A DNA stretch of 64,000 nucleotides from positions 62,001 through 126,000 of the forward strand of contig NW_026250416.1 of assembly GCF_024521635.1 (NCBI RefSeq), read 5' to 3'. Below are positions 1 through 13,066 of this stretch, piece by piece. Each line of letters opens with the position of its first letter. Position 1 is the stretch's first letter. The notes under the pieces were generated by a model. It ran no database searches, was not told the DNA's origin, and saw only the letters and a list, made by a program, of their open reading frames with translations. This DNA comes from Tricharina praecox. Lineage: Eukaryota. A program made the position numbers and the translations under genes.

Positions 1-3000
1 GACGTGGGCTCGGCAGCGTCCGGAGCAAAAGTTGTCTGACACGGATTCGGCGGGACGTTTTATGGAGCTCTAGGTAGCTATGCCATGATGTTCACGGCGG
101 CAACCAGCGGCAATCAACGACAGACGACGACTGCACAGCTAAACAAAGTCAGCTCACTTCGCCACCTCAGCCCTTGGTAACAACCTACAGGTATTTGAAC
201 GCCTGCGCTTGCGGTGCCGACAACACCAGTGAGATATAGGTACCGGTGGGAGAAGGTCCGAAGGCGTGCTTTTGGAATTTCGGTATCGCGTGGTAAGTAC
301 AGACATAGTTGAATCGAGTTTGAGCAGTCTGTATTGACGATGAAATGCACGACAGAATTCCACGCTAGATCCCATAGGTATTTCAGTATGTAGAACCACT
401 GCTCTCAACGAACCAGTACCGTAACGTACAGTCGCACCGACGTGTCCCAGGTTAGATACTCGGAGATTTCTTTCCATTTCAAAGCCATCCAGAACGCCCG
501 AGCTCCGATGACATATGTGTGTACAGCTTTCCGTGCGCAATTGGAACAAGATCAAGTCCAGCAGACGGACGTCGGGGCTTTTCCGCTACGGTTACCGGAG
601 GGAGTGGGAAAGCTGTTCGATCGTGTGGGGGCGTGGGGGGCGTATGTAGAGGGCAACTAACCAACAGCGAGCGAGGAGCTGCACGCTTCAGGCTTACATA
701 CGGTACATTTGTACATTTGCATATTGGAGTGTTGATTGCCCCCGGAGGCTCGGAAGGCAGTTAATCGATAGATACTAAATGCCTGCTTGAGTCATTGCCG
801 CCGGTGAGGACGATCGCAAGAACAATCGCAATGAACGAGAGCAGACGAACCTGCCGCCATCAAAACTATCGAAACTATCGAAACTGGCTGCCGCGGGAGT
901 GGTAGAGTAAACGCGGCACTTTTGGCTGGGTATACTTGGGATGTAGGTATAGGCAAGTAAACATGTATCGTACTATGTGACGCCCGCGCAGATATTAATT
1001 GCCCCCGGTTGTACCTTCCGCACGAAAGCCGCCACTTTCCCTACTTGAGTACCCACTCCATCAATTTACACGCACGTATGTGGATACGACAGGCGCTATG
1101 GGCAAGGATTGTGACAGACACATGGGATATCACTCGGTAACTACCGGCATTCACTATTGCGATTCTCGTTGAAAAGTCACCGTCGTCACTCGTCCAAGAT
1201 ATTGCACATTTGTCATATTGGTCATATGCGCCTCGAGAATCCTGTTTATTCTGCTTCTGTCTGGTATGTCTAGCTGGTCATGCGCTCTGTTTTGCAAATG
1301 AATCAAGCAACTGAATATTATCACACTCATATTTTCAACATTCACCTGTCGAGTTATTAGGTCTTAGGTCTTGCAGCCGCGAGCCCATGCGAATCAAGAC
1401 TAGTTTCAGCCAAACAAGTTGCAATCAGGAATTATAAACGCCCGGGTTTTCGGAGAAACTGTTCACTGTTCGCGAGCCCAAGCTTCGGTGGGACGGGCAG
1501 TTGCAGGGGTAGGTTCTCATGTGTATGTGCGGCGTCCACGTTTGCACCGAGTATGTACCTGCCGTAGCAGCGTTCACACCTGTCGAATTCAACTCATACC
1601 TATCCTCAGTAGAGTATCTACATCTATTTGCAGTGTTTTGCTCCCGCGATTTCGGCCACCGTCTCACCACCTCGCCGCCTCACCACCTGTTACATGCAAC
1701 CCTACTAGGTACATAGTATCCACAACATCCGTCCGCCGACGGGTTTCTCGGCACTACCCGCACCGACTACCTACAGCCCCCGCATTCTTTCTGCGGAAAA
1801 ACGTTCCCCGGTTTTCTCGGCAAACAAATCGCAACGGTTTGCGACATAGCGGACGTAGAAGAAGCTAGACCAAGCCGGATGCTCGAGAAGAGCTGCCGGG
1901 GCCCGGGTGAGTTCCGGTCGCAACTGCTACAGTGCACACTGTGATAGGAAAGTATGTAGATGTACATACCAAGTCCCAAGGTACTCTAGACTCGAGGTAT
2001 TTTTGTATCTCTGGGTATGCTGTCTCTGTGCATGCTGTCTCTCTGCGTGCTTTTACCCGCCCGCGCTGTGGGCGGGTGTGAGCTGCTCCGGGGATGTCTC
2101 TCTGAAAGGGCAATAACAATCCTCCTGTTGGACGTTTCTTGCTGGAGTAGGACACAGGTGAATTTCGACTCAAAGAGGCCCGACTTCCACGGCTTGTCCG
2201 TGGCGCCAAACCATCCACGCGAGGCGTATGCGAGGTCAATGGTAGTTAGACGTGGAATAATAGTTATGTAGTGACAGAGTCGCCATCTCGTACTCGGCGT
2301 AAGTTGTAGTGCCGGGGATGCCCGCCGCGGGAAGCACACTGGCGCCGAAAACGGGTTCCGCTGAACTGGAGGTCACGACTCACAGCTACTAAAAAAACGT
2401 CCTCGCTTCGTGCCGGGTCTGTCGTCTGGCTTGCTGCCGCTCATCTCCGTCCCGAGCTACGGCTTCCTACGCTGCCTTCGGTACTCCAGCCTTCCCGTGC
2501 AACCCTATCAAGAACCCAAGTAAGTACTAGGTAAGCACGTACCATGATCGAACTGAACCCGTCAAGCCTACCTGGCCATAGCTACTCCGGATAACAACCC
2601 CATGCCGGATCTTGGCCCATGAAGACGGTCAGCCCACAGAAAGCACCGCGTCATAAAGTCACTCTAGGGGTTCTTCAGCGAGCTCACGACGCCAAGCATT
2701 CCAAACCATGACACATGGCGGGGGAGCGATAACTCGCGCGGCTAAGCTCTGCCGGAAGGGTCCCAGTCCCAGAAAGCGGTGTGTCAAGCGGGCTTGACTA
2801 GATGCATGATAGTTAGCCCTCGGAAAGGCTGCTCGGTAGCAAACGAGCTTGCAAGTGCACCAACGGTCACGGAAAACGCGGTGTGGAGCCGAGGGAAGAT
2901 CTGTCTTGCGGAGCAAAGAACGAAGCACAGGAGCGATAGTTATCGGCGGGGCGTCTGTCGGATTGGGGATGTGATATGGAGGGAAGGGAAGGAGCACCAG

Positions 3001-3884
3001 CAAATGTGTTCTGCTCGTGATCGGTTATCCGCTGTCCATTGATGTTGGTTCCCGCCCGAATCGCGCAGCTCTGCAGCAAGCCACTCTCGCCTTGGATGGG
3101 CTGGATGGCTGGCTTATGTAACCGACAGCACAATCCCCGCCCGCCCGCCCGCTCCGATTCGATCGCCGATCCGCCACAACTCCCCTCGTATGTATGAGGC
3201 CCTCCTTTCCACCACATCACGGCCAACCCGTTGACTGCCTTCATTGTATCGATCGTTTGCTGACTCAGGAGTTGCAGAGAGGGCAAGGTGGAGAGGGGAG
3301 ACACTGGCCTCCAACAATACGGTGGGTACATAGCTTTGTTTTGAGCACACGCTCTCTTGGTTGCTTCTCGAGATCTTCAGCCACAATGTCTCTACTACTA
3401 GTCGGACACTCGCTCACATCGCTCGCTCACATCGCTCTCCATGTACGTGGAGAGAAGTGGGAGACCTGCATGGAGAGCGACTTCCGATACATCATATCCA
3501 CTACTAGTACACCCTCTCTCGCCCCCCCGGTCTCTGCATTCCTGCAGGCGGCGCAACTATTCTTGAAGCTCGCATTGCTTTCGTCCACACGCTTCAATCA
3601 CCAACTCACTCACACACACACCACACTTGCTTTCTCCACACACACCACCGCCACTACTCCACTCCCAGATCGTCGGGGTACCGAGTCTCTCGCTTTCCCC
3701 CTCCCACCCCCTCCCCCCCTACCCAAATCGGCAGCAGAGGGGATTGATTGAGTGGCTACCAACATACTTGACTGCTCCTCCCCCTCTTCTTCCCCTACCG
3801 CTTCATCCTTCCTCCAGCCTACCTCTCCAGTCCAAACCAAAACTCCCCCATCACCTCAATTCACCCTTCCGGCAACCCTCCGCC

Positions 3885-5624
3885 ATGTTCGGTAGCTGGT
3901 CTTCATACCCCGTCGGCGACGGCTCCCGTTCCGCAGTTATCTGCCAAATCTTCAAATACAAGGGCCCGTTAACCTTCCCCGAATACTCGGCCTCGGCAGT
4001 CTCGCAAGAATCATCATCATCTTCATCGTCATCGTCAGAATCGACGTTTGCTGTCCCTGATGGCGAGAGGAACTTCTACACCTACTTTGCTAAGATCAAA
4101 CGGGCCACCGACGTGACGCCGCAACACCTAGACGTGCTTAACCTCAGCGTATCGTACGATGTCCCCGTAGAGGATTTGGTGGGCGGGAAGGAATGGCTCC
4201 CCAAAGACGAAGACGATGAGATCTGGGCCGAGCGCAAACGGGAACTCCTGATTGAGAACGACACGGCGTATCAGGTCATGGCTCGCATCCGTAGGGATAT
4301 AAAGCTGGGCCACATGTACAAGTTCTTCCAGGCGCTCGAGATGGTGACGCCATACTATGGAATGCCGGACGAATGTGCTGCCTATGATGCTGAGCAGGCC
4401 GGGGAAGTTGAGGAGGATCCGGAACAGCAGAAGTTGAAGCTGGAAAAGAGGGCGGAGGAAGCCGAGGCGGCGGCATCCATGATGGACATTGATTCACCCT
4501 CTCCCCCGAGCAACGACAACGGCAAGCGGCCCGCGTCTGAGGAAGCTGCCGGTACCGCAAAGAAAGATCGGGCTTCCCCTGAATCCGATCCGAGTCCCGA
4601 GGGGAAGAAGGAGGAAAAGTTTTCTATGCCAGAACGCTTCCGCGACGATCTGGTCAAGAATTTCGTTGAGCCCATATGCTGGGGTCACGGTGTTAGAGTT
4701 TAGTGAGTGTTCCCCCCCGCATTCCCTCTCCGTTCGTGTATCTAAGCTTCTCTTCCGAAACTCGCCGCTAATGCTCTTCTCAGCCCGCCCAGGGCCCCTC
4801 CAAAGCTCCATGTCCAGCACTCCAAGTTCTCGGTTCACTTGAACTACCACATCCACTGGACGCCGACGGACTCGCAAGAGGCCCGCAGTGGTCTTGTCGA
4901 CGGACCGGCCCTTGGAATGCAAATCCGCCACGAACATGCCTTCCGCGCCTTGAACGACCCGGCAGCAGCCATCAAGAAGCGCCGCAAGAAGCTTATGGCG
5001 GCAGCACTCGCCGCCAAAGTACCCCCGACCCCTGAAGAGGAGGAAGCGCGCGCAAGGAAGGAGGAAAAGGAAAAGGCACGCGCCGAACGCCGTGCCAAGC
5101 GGGCCGTATCTTCCTCCTCGGCGAAGAAGCCGGAGAAGGAGAAAGAGGAGACGCCGCTGGATGGCGAGATGAAGGAAGAAGTTGAAGACCTTGGCGATGA
5201 GGGGATCCTTGTTGTCGGCGATGATGGGGCTGCCCACGACGTGGTTGGCGTGACGAGGGAGATTGCAGCATTGCTATCGATAGCACAAATGAGGGCGAAA
5301 GAAGGTGCCACGGAGAAGAAGGTGCGCTTTCGTGCGATTGGGAAAGTCGAGGGAAGCTACTGGGACGACGTGTTCATGGTCAGCAGTCTGCACCACCACG
5401 TGTCGATCTCGCACCTACGCGTGAGCAAGCCGTACCTGAGATTCCTGAGGACGGGCAAAATGCCAAACCCGCACCATGCGTTCATCAAAGAGGGAGGCTG
5501 GGAGAAGCTGCATCTGAACAAGACGAAGTACTACAGTCTGATGGTGCCCGAAGACCGCGTTGAGGCGGCTAGGGCTCTCGTGACAGTTCTGAAGTATGTC
5601 ACAAGGAACGAGAAGAAGATGTAG
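3885..5624 (+). CDS. Conserved hypothetical fungal protein, 2 exons (3885-4702, 4784-5624)
   Basis: ATG in CGCCATG context. Intron 4703-4783 (GTGAGT...GCTAAT...CAG) joins ORFs 3627-4703 and 4839-5624 in frame (..GVRV-Y-PPRAPPKL..). Function not recognised. Confidence 0.8.
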
Positions 5625-8539
5625 CTATGAAGTTTTCCTTCCTCTTTCCTTCCTCTTTCCTTCTTCCGTCTCCTTCACTAGGCTATCGTTTTTTGCATGT
5701 GATACTTTTGACGATCAATCTTATCCTATTTCATTTTGCTCAGTGTTTTTTTTGCGGATGCTGGCTGGCGGGTGGAGTAAGGGCTGCGTGCGGAGAGAGG
5801 CGACGAAGTGCATCATAGATGTAGATGGGCGGCTTTAGCAAATTCATGATCGACATTGTGCGCGGGCGGTTTATCTCTACCCCACAGCCTTCATAACGAT
5901 TATTTATTGGATGCCCTCCTACCTACTCCACTGGTGTGCACTATTGTTTGACGTGTGGTCCCATCGGCCATGGTGACTGGAACGTGCGCTTTCATCCCAT
6001 AATTACAGGCCAATAGGCGGTTGACCGCAATGCAGCCTGCCTGCCTGCCGTTGGATAGTTTGGGGTATGTACTCTACATACATGTTGGGACGAAACTTGA
6101 GATGAACTGTTTTCTGCACTCCAGAGTCCATGTATCATACATAGAGTACTGGGGACTTCAACTGTAACCGGGAATACACAAAGTTAAAGCTGAAGTCGAA
6201 GCAACCACCGCTCCGACCCCCGACTCCCGACTCCCGAGGGGATCTATATCTATATCTATATCTACTGGTGATATTATAACACGGCCGCTGGTGCCGCCGG
6301 AAGGGATACGGTACTGTATTAACCCCAACATGACACGGCACGGCAGGGCAGGCCAGGTGGGATATGTATCTGCACTCTGCACTCTGCACTCTGCACAATG
6401 CGCTCTGCGCTCACAGTTGGGAATTGGGGAGAGGGCCGATCTGAGATCGCAAGTCCCATCGCTGTCGATAGTTAGCTGATTATATGTGGGCTCGGCGGGG
6501 TGTGTGTGTGGGGGGGGGGGCGGATATCATGTTTGGACTCTGGACTCTGGAGGGCCAACACGTTTTGATTAGGGACCGGAAAACGGCTGGTGTTTTTCAG
6601 CCCTGGAGTCTCTGCGTGAGACGTGAGGCGTGAGGCGTGAGACTCGGACTCGGGTGTGGCGGAGCAATGGGGGAGCTGGCGGCAAGTGGGAACTTGGAAC
6701 TTGGAACTTGGAAGTGAAGGAGGAGGACCGATCGGCGGGAGGAAGCGGATGTGGTTAGTACATGGCGGGCATGGCGGGGTAGACTACTGAGCGAGGAGGG
6801 GGTTTCTTCTTCTTCTTCTTCTTGTCGCTTGACCATCATCTACAGAATAGACGATCAACTACTATCTCCTCCTTCTCCTTGTGTGTTCTCCCGAGTCCTT
6901 CTCTCGACCCGCCGCTTTCCGGCCTGGAGAGGCATTGGCACCCTCGCAGAAGCGGTATCTTCGGTACCTACTTGTGGGATATCGCTGGGCATCGGTCTTT
7001 GGGCAATGGGGGCTCGCTTTCTGGTATGTATCATATCGTTTGCGGACATCTTCCGAGGGACCCGGACCGGCAACCAATACAAATCCTGGGTGATGGATGA
7101 GGTTGACGGATCCTCGAATCGGGCCCCGTGGGCTGGACCGCTGGACATCGGGAGGGACGGAAGTTTTCACAAACGACGAGCTCGCTGTCCAGAGGCGTCG
7201 TCGAACTGTGGAGTCCTGGAGCTTTGGGACATTTGGCACCGGGCAATGGAATCGAGGACCGCTAGAGTACTAGGTAAGTACCGGTACTCGCCTGATCGTT
7301 GCCGGATGTACCGTGCGAGCTTTGACATGTTTTTGATTAGGTCGAAAGTGAGGGTGAAGGTTTGTAAGTCGGAACCTCGGGCGTGCCGTCTAGTACTCCG
7401 ACCAGAGGAATGTGGACAAACATCAAGATTCCACTCCGGGCATTCAGACACCGGTCGATCCAGAGAGGAAGGATACATCATAGTACCCTAGAGTACATCT
7501 CGGCTCTAGACTCTTTTCAGAGCAACGGGCATCCTCGAGCTCCCAACACACCAGCTCGGCAAACAACCGAAACACAGGCACCAAGCAAGACATTCGGTTC
7601 AGCTCAGGATGCTCCGTCGAGCTGCATCAGCTATCAAAAGCAGCAGGATCGGCAACGATGCGAAATCAAAGCTGTCAATTGATCCCAAAAAGCAATTCTC
7701 TGTGGCTTGCCCGTACCCCGCACTGATATTGCGAGGTTGGTGTGGTACCTACATCTCCGCTCTGCACTCCAGCACGGGATAGATTAAATAGAGAGATACA
7801 CACCTTCCCTCGAGAAGGAGAAAGAAGATGAAGAAGAAGGAAAAGAAGGATTGGACTGCATTTTAACTCTTTGCCTCTTCTTTTGGCTGCCGATTACGGT
7901 ACCGGTCGGAGCAGAGTCATCGTTCGTTCCACGCTTCGTACACATCTTAAGCTTCCACCGCTCCCGATTCCCGACACCTAACATCTCGAAGCTCGACTTC
8001 AAAATCGACGTTCAGCCATCTTGCCGATTGCCTTCCAGATGCCCAGCAAGATTCTAAACCTCCAGAGATTTGTCTCCTAATGGCTCCGGACGACACAATC
8101 ATGGAATATCACTCATTCGGCACATTTTCGTGTTACACTACGTCACAGTTTTAGTGGGTAGGGTGTTGGGGTTCATGGCGACTCCACGCAGCAACGCATC
8201 AACAAACGAATCAGCTTAACGAGATGTGTATATAAAAAAATCGTACTCCCCCCCCCCCCACCCACAGATGCAATAGCTTTAAAGGTGGGAAGGGGAAGTG
8301 CAGCACACGTCCAGCTCCCCTTCAGCTTACCTAAACTTCAATAGCGTAGGCAGCTTCGACTGTTTTTTTTTACAGCTTTCGTCTCATAGATATCGAGCTA
8401 TCCAGCTATCCGCCAGCCTGCTCCGCCCTCCGTCCTTGCAGGACCATCGTCCTCGTCCTACTCCTTCGTCCTTACAAACGGCCCCCAGCCTGAACTCCGA
8501 TCCCATCCTCCCAAAGCCTTACCGCCCAATCTCCACACC

Positions 8540-10194
8540 ATGGCCGAGAAAGTGGGTACTTCTGTTTCTCATATTTCTCTTTGTCGCACTCTACGCAGAT
8601 CCCTAGATTCTATTGATGCCGCCTGTGCTGACTTGTGCCTTTCCGATAGCCGTTGGAACGCTTCTACAATGAGTGGCCTAAAGATTCTGCGGCGAGGTCA
8701 ACGTTTGGTGCTTGGGACAGATCTGCTACTCCCCCTACTCCCCCTATTCCTGCCCCCGCTCCTAATTCCGCTCCTGCTGGTGGCTCTACTCGTGCCAGTA
8801 CCGGTGCCCGTGCCCGCGCCCGCACCCGCACCCGCACCCGCACCCGCGCTGCTGCTCGTGCTTGTGCTCCTGCCGCCGCCCCTCCTGCTGCGGTTCCTGC
8901 CGCTACCCATACCACTGCCCCTCCGCAGATCGCTTCGGCCCAGGAAAGAGGGACGCCCGTCGAGAACAGATGTCCGGTCTTGGACAAGGCCAAATCCAGC
9001 ATGGGATTCAATCGGAAGGATTCGGCACGCCAGTGCTGGCAAGTAAACTCAGATGCCGTCGGTCTCCTGTAGGTGCTTCTCTGAATTCCCATCCCGGGAT
9101 GGATCTGTTCCCCCGACTTCTGCTTATAGGTCTTTAGGGAGCACTGTAGGGAAATCCACAAATTCATCTGCCCGATTTGCGAGCTCCGATTGGACCGGCA
9201 AGGCCCACAATCGGTAGCTCTGGGTAGCGTCTTTTTCGACGAAATCAATTACGCCAGGTATGAACCTACCACCCGCATCAAGAAAGCATGCTGATAATGA
9301 ACACTAGAGCGCACGTCCGCTGTATCCACCTAAAGCCCTGGTTCTGCGGCTGCGGTAAACGATTCGGCGCCGCCGCGAAGTTGAATCAGCATTTGAAGCA
9401 TTCGGGCTGCCCTATCAGACTAAACAAATTCTTTAGCTCGCAGATGGAACTGTTAAACAAGGATTTAAAGGATGCGAAGACTACTGAGGATTTACGTTCG
9501 ATTCTGTTGCCGAATGGCGAGCCAATCTACGATTATACCGGTGGCCCGGATGCAAGAGTTGATAGTCTGTCTGTCTCCGACAGCCTTGCTCGTGGATAAC
9601 TGACGTTTCCCAGTGCCACCGCCACCGCCGCCGCCGCCGGCGGCCTTGCTCTCGGCTTCATTTAAGCGGGCTGATGAGAATGCGCAGCCACAGCTGTCGG
9701 CCTTCCCCGAAGAGTTCCACTACCACTCCAAGCCTGGCGGTCCACATCTTTGCGCTCCTATTGCACCCAGTTACTCTACCTCACCGATCTCACAGAACCC
9801 TCCCTCGCAAGTCTCAGACAGTGCATACGTCACTGGCACTGCCAGTGCATCGATGAAACCGAGTCTGGACTGCGGTGTAGCGGAAACGCAGATGACGATG
9901 CAACTCGATGTCTCCACACATGACGACGATGAGATGGAGGATATGATGGTGCATGGTAAATTCACCCACCCACCCACCCAACAATTCTTTATGTATTGCT
10001 AACTGTGATGGCCTGCAGTGGATCCGAGCAAGTGTTCGTTCCCAGAGGACGATTGGCTCGAGATGGTGACGGACCGGTACGAGGCAGAGGATCAGAGTCC
10101 GTACCCGATGCCAGAGGGGATGATGCAAGCGGCGTGCAAGAACAATCTCTTTGCCAAAATTGGTGGGAAATTCGGCCGGTTAGATGGATCCTAG
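8540..10194 (+). CDS. Putative C2H2-type zinc-finger protein, 6 exons
   Basis: Hand-spliced introns 8552-8649, 9043-9129, ~9258-9307, ~9565-9613 and ~9956-10018 give one frame. It contains CPICE...HVRCIH and WFCGCGKRF...LNQHLKHSGC and ends at TAG 10192-10194. TATA-like TATATAAA at ~8229. Confidence 0.7.
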
Positions 10195-12177
10195 TTGAGG
10201 GGCCGCGATGAATGATCATCATGATGCTCCATGCAGATGACTGTAGTCGAGCGGGATGGTGCGCGTTTTTGCTTTGTTTTGCGAGTGGCTGTATTGACGG
10301 CGTTGCATGCAGTGGTGGGGCGTTTTATGTACCCACATTTTTTTTTTGAATCTGGCGCTTGATACATGTTTTCGATCTACATAATATTGTTTTATTTTTT
10401 ATACCTACACCGACCAAAGCCTTCACCATTTCTTTCTAGCCTAAGTAAGTACTTACTTGGGTAATCGGAAGTTCTTTTCCCATAGTACTCCTACATACTT
10501 CAACCTGTACCCCCTGCTTTCGATTTCCAAATACTATATTTCCCGGGCCCCCAATGTTTCTACTCTCCTCTTTTCTTCCGAATGTATCCTACGAAGCCGG
10601 CATATGGATAGATGTATTGTACGCATTCCCATCGAATCAAGCGCCATTGCCCATGATGCGATAATGGCATCCGTCATATCTCTGTTACTCGTCAATGACC
10701 ACCGTTATCACCCGGCGTGTTGGTGCTTGGACGTGAGATCGCACATTATGATCGGTGGCTGGTGGCTGGTGGCTGGTGGCTGGTGGTGGTGTTTTGGCGA
10801 TAAAATATAGAATTTAAACATCATCTTTATGAAGATCAATCCTAAAATTGAATCTAAAGTTTTGCTGGTGGTGGTGGTGGTGGTAAGCAGAATAGCTACT
10901 ACTAGTGGCGAGCACGGCCTTGCATTCCGAAGTACGAACATCACAGCAGAATGCCAGAATGCCAGAATGCCGAATGCAGCCTGTGTAAGCAACTCGCGTC
11001 CAAGCATGCAATAGCGCTGATTGCAGCTTGTCGCTTCGATTTTTATTGCACCTGTCTCTGTCTGTAGTGACTGCGGAGGTGACTACAGCGACCGAGTGAG
11101 AGAGTATGTACAGTGGCAAAAAGTGGGGTGCGATTGATGCCGGGGATCGCCAGTAGTGCTACTGCTGGGAGTTGAATCCAGCAATCTTGGAGAATACAGG
11201 TTTAATTTGGTATTTGTTTTTGTCCCCTATAGTCTCAATTCTACAGTATTGCAAAATTATACGTGGTGTTGTGAAAGGTACGCTTACTAAAAAGCCGGAA
11301 GAACTACCGCAGTTCTTCCAAATGCAACATGTTACGCACTGTCCGGAATATCAGAGAACCACCAGAGAACTATCCTATTCGCACAACGTACCTAGTGCAG
11401 AGAAAACGATGTCATGCGAATCGCGTAGTTCTAAACTGTAGTAAAACCACGACAAGAGTCCTAGGTATGAAATGCCGTGCTGAGCAGAATACTCCAGTCA
11501 CTGAATCCGGTATGCATACGGTAGAAACTCTTTGATTTCACAAATACGTACTGTGCGTAAGACGTGCTGTACGCAAGCAAGAATTTACAACATTCGTGTA
11601 GTGCAGGAAGTGCCATAGGCCTGCGGAATAAATACTGTAGAGGAGACTGTGCGGATTGAGCGGAATACACTGTACAGTGGAGCTGCTAAGTCCCTACGGA
11701 ATTGAGAAGTACATATCAGGCAGTGCTTACACTACGTAAATTTTACGCTGCTGTGGTTCTAATGTATGGAGTGTGGCAGAACCCATTGATTACTTACACA
11801 TACGCACCTGCGGATCTTCAATGGGTAAGGCAGATCCCACGAGAGTCGGCATTCCAACCGTCCCCTCTCCTACATACCGGTGTGTAGATGTAGCCCTTGC
11901 GTGCCGTCACTCGGGTCTGCTCCATTCCTCACGTATCACTCGCACTCGGCGATCGCTCGACTTGCGCGGAAGACGAACGAACGAACGCAACCAGGCAGGC
12001 AGGCAGGCACCAAGGGGGAGGTATGGGGCGGGGGATGGTCAACTCGTCCGCCACCCGCCATTCAACCTGCCCACCGGCGCTCCTAAACCCCCGAAAGCTT
12101 GCCGCGCCGCCGCGGCAATGGAGAATATTTAGAATAGAGTACTCCAGAACGCACCCCCTCCCGGGCCTGGCCTAAGA

Positions 12178-12675
12178 ATGCTACCACTATCCCCTCACCC
12201 CCTCCTCCTCCCCTTTCCCCTCCCCTCCCCCCCCCTTCTCCTCCTCCCCCTCGCCCACGCCCTCCCGGACCCCACCCACTTCCCCTCCGCGCTCCTCCCG
12301 TTCTTTACTGCCCCACAGCACCCCCTCGACTACCACCACCTCGACCACCTCGACCTCGAAAACACCACTACCATCTCCCTGCTGAACGCAACGACCAACA
12401 GCGGGGTGATGTACCGGCTCGACTGCTCGTGCGACAGCGATGCGGGCACGTGGGCTGGGCCTTTCGCCTATGGCGACGATGATGGGGTGGATGCGGAGGC
12501 GAGGATGGAAACGTTCCTTACTGTCGGGCTCATTGAGACGGAAAGGGAGAGGGAGGTTGTTAGTGTTAGTGTCAGTGATAGTGATGTGGATGTGGATGTG
12601 GATGAATTAGCTGAAGCGGTGGTGGATGACACGGAGGATGAAGACGGATATAATACAGAGCCGTGGGTTTGGTAG
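12178..12675 (+). CDS. Small hypothetical protein, hydrophobic/Pro-rich N-terminus and very acidic C-terminus (possibly secreted)
   Basis: 165-aa ATG ORF with a C-rich 5' half and G-rich 3' half, a skew also seen in clear genes here. No recognisable domain. Confidence 0.4.
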   Translation: MLPLSPHPLLLPFPLPSPPLLLLPLAHALPDPTHFPSALLPFFTAPQHPLDYHHLDHLDLENTTTISLLNATTNSGVMYRLDCSCDSDAGTWAGPFAYGDDDGVDAEARMETFLTVGLIETEREREVVSVSVSDSDVDVDVDELAEAVVDDTEDEDGYNTEPWVW

Positions 12676-13066
12676 GTACCTAGGGAAAGAGCAATATGCA
12701 ATGCTATGGATGGATGGCTGCCGGCGGCCATTAATCATGTTCATGTCACTCGCTGGTGCGGATATTCTTCCTCCAAAACGTCGCCGATATATTTTCGCCC
12801 CACACAATTTACGGCCTCACAATAAGCCATCACGAAGCCCTTCAGCCCGATTGCCATGGGCTGGTTTATATACATCGTAACCCAGCATAGAAAAGAAAAA
12901 AAACCCAGGGTATAAACAAAAGGAACCTCGATCCTATCCTCACAGCCAAAAAAACCCCTCTTGTCCCAAAAGGCTCCCGCTAGCTATTAGTACGAAAGAA
13001 GAGCGCAGAAGCAATAGTAGGTCATAAATTCACACCCCAAAAAATTAAAAACGCATCTCATCAAAC

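Noticed and set aside
1-3600. Many short ORFs at the window start
   Set aside because: No domain similarity and no coherent exon chain; treated as intergenic or decayed sequence.
3627-3884. In-frame non-AUG N-terminal extension of the first gene (similarly TAF9 46388-46528)
   Set aside because: C-rich 5' UTRs lack stops by composition, and the downstream ATGs have good context.
6597-7491. 246-aa plus-strand ORF 6751-7491, and a minus-strand frame 7481-6597 broken by three stops
   Set aside because: No recognisable motifs or convincing splice structure. May be a decayed gene, but I cannot support it.
11100-11690. Possible Tc1/mariner remnant (TACAGT...ACTGTA ends)
   Set aside because: Inverted matches are only 7-9 bp and there is no transposase trace.
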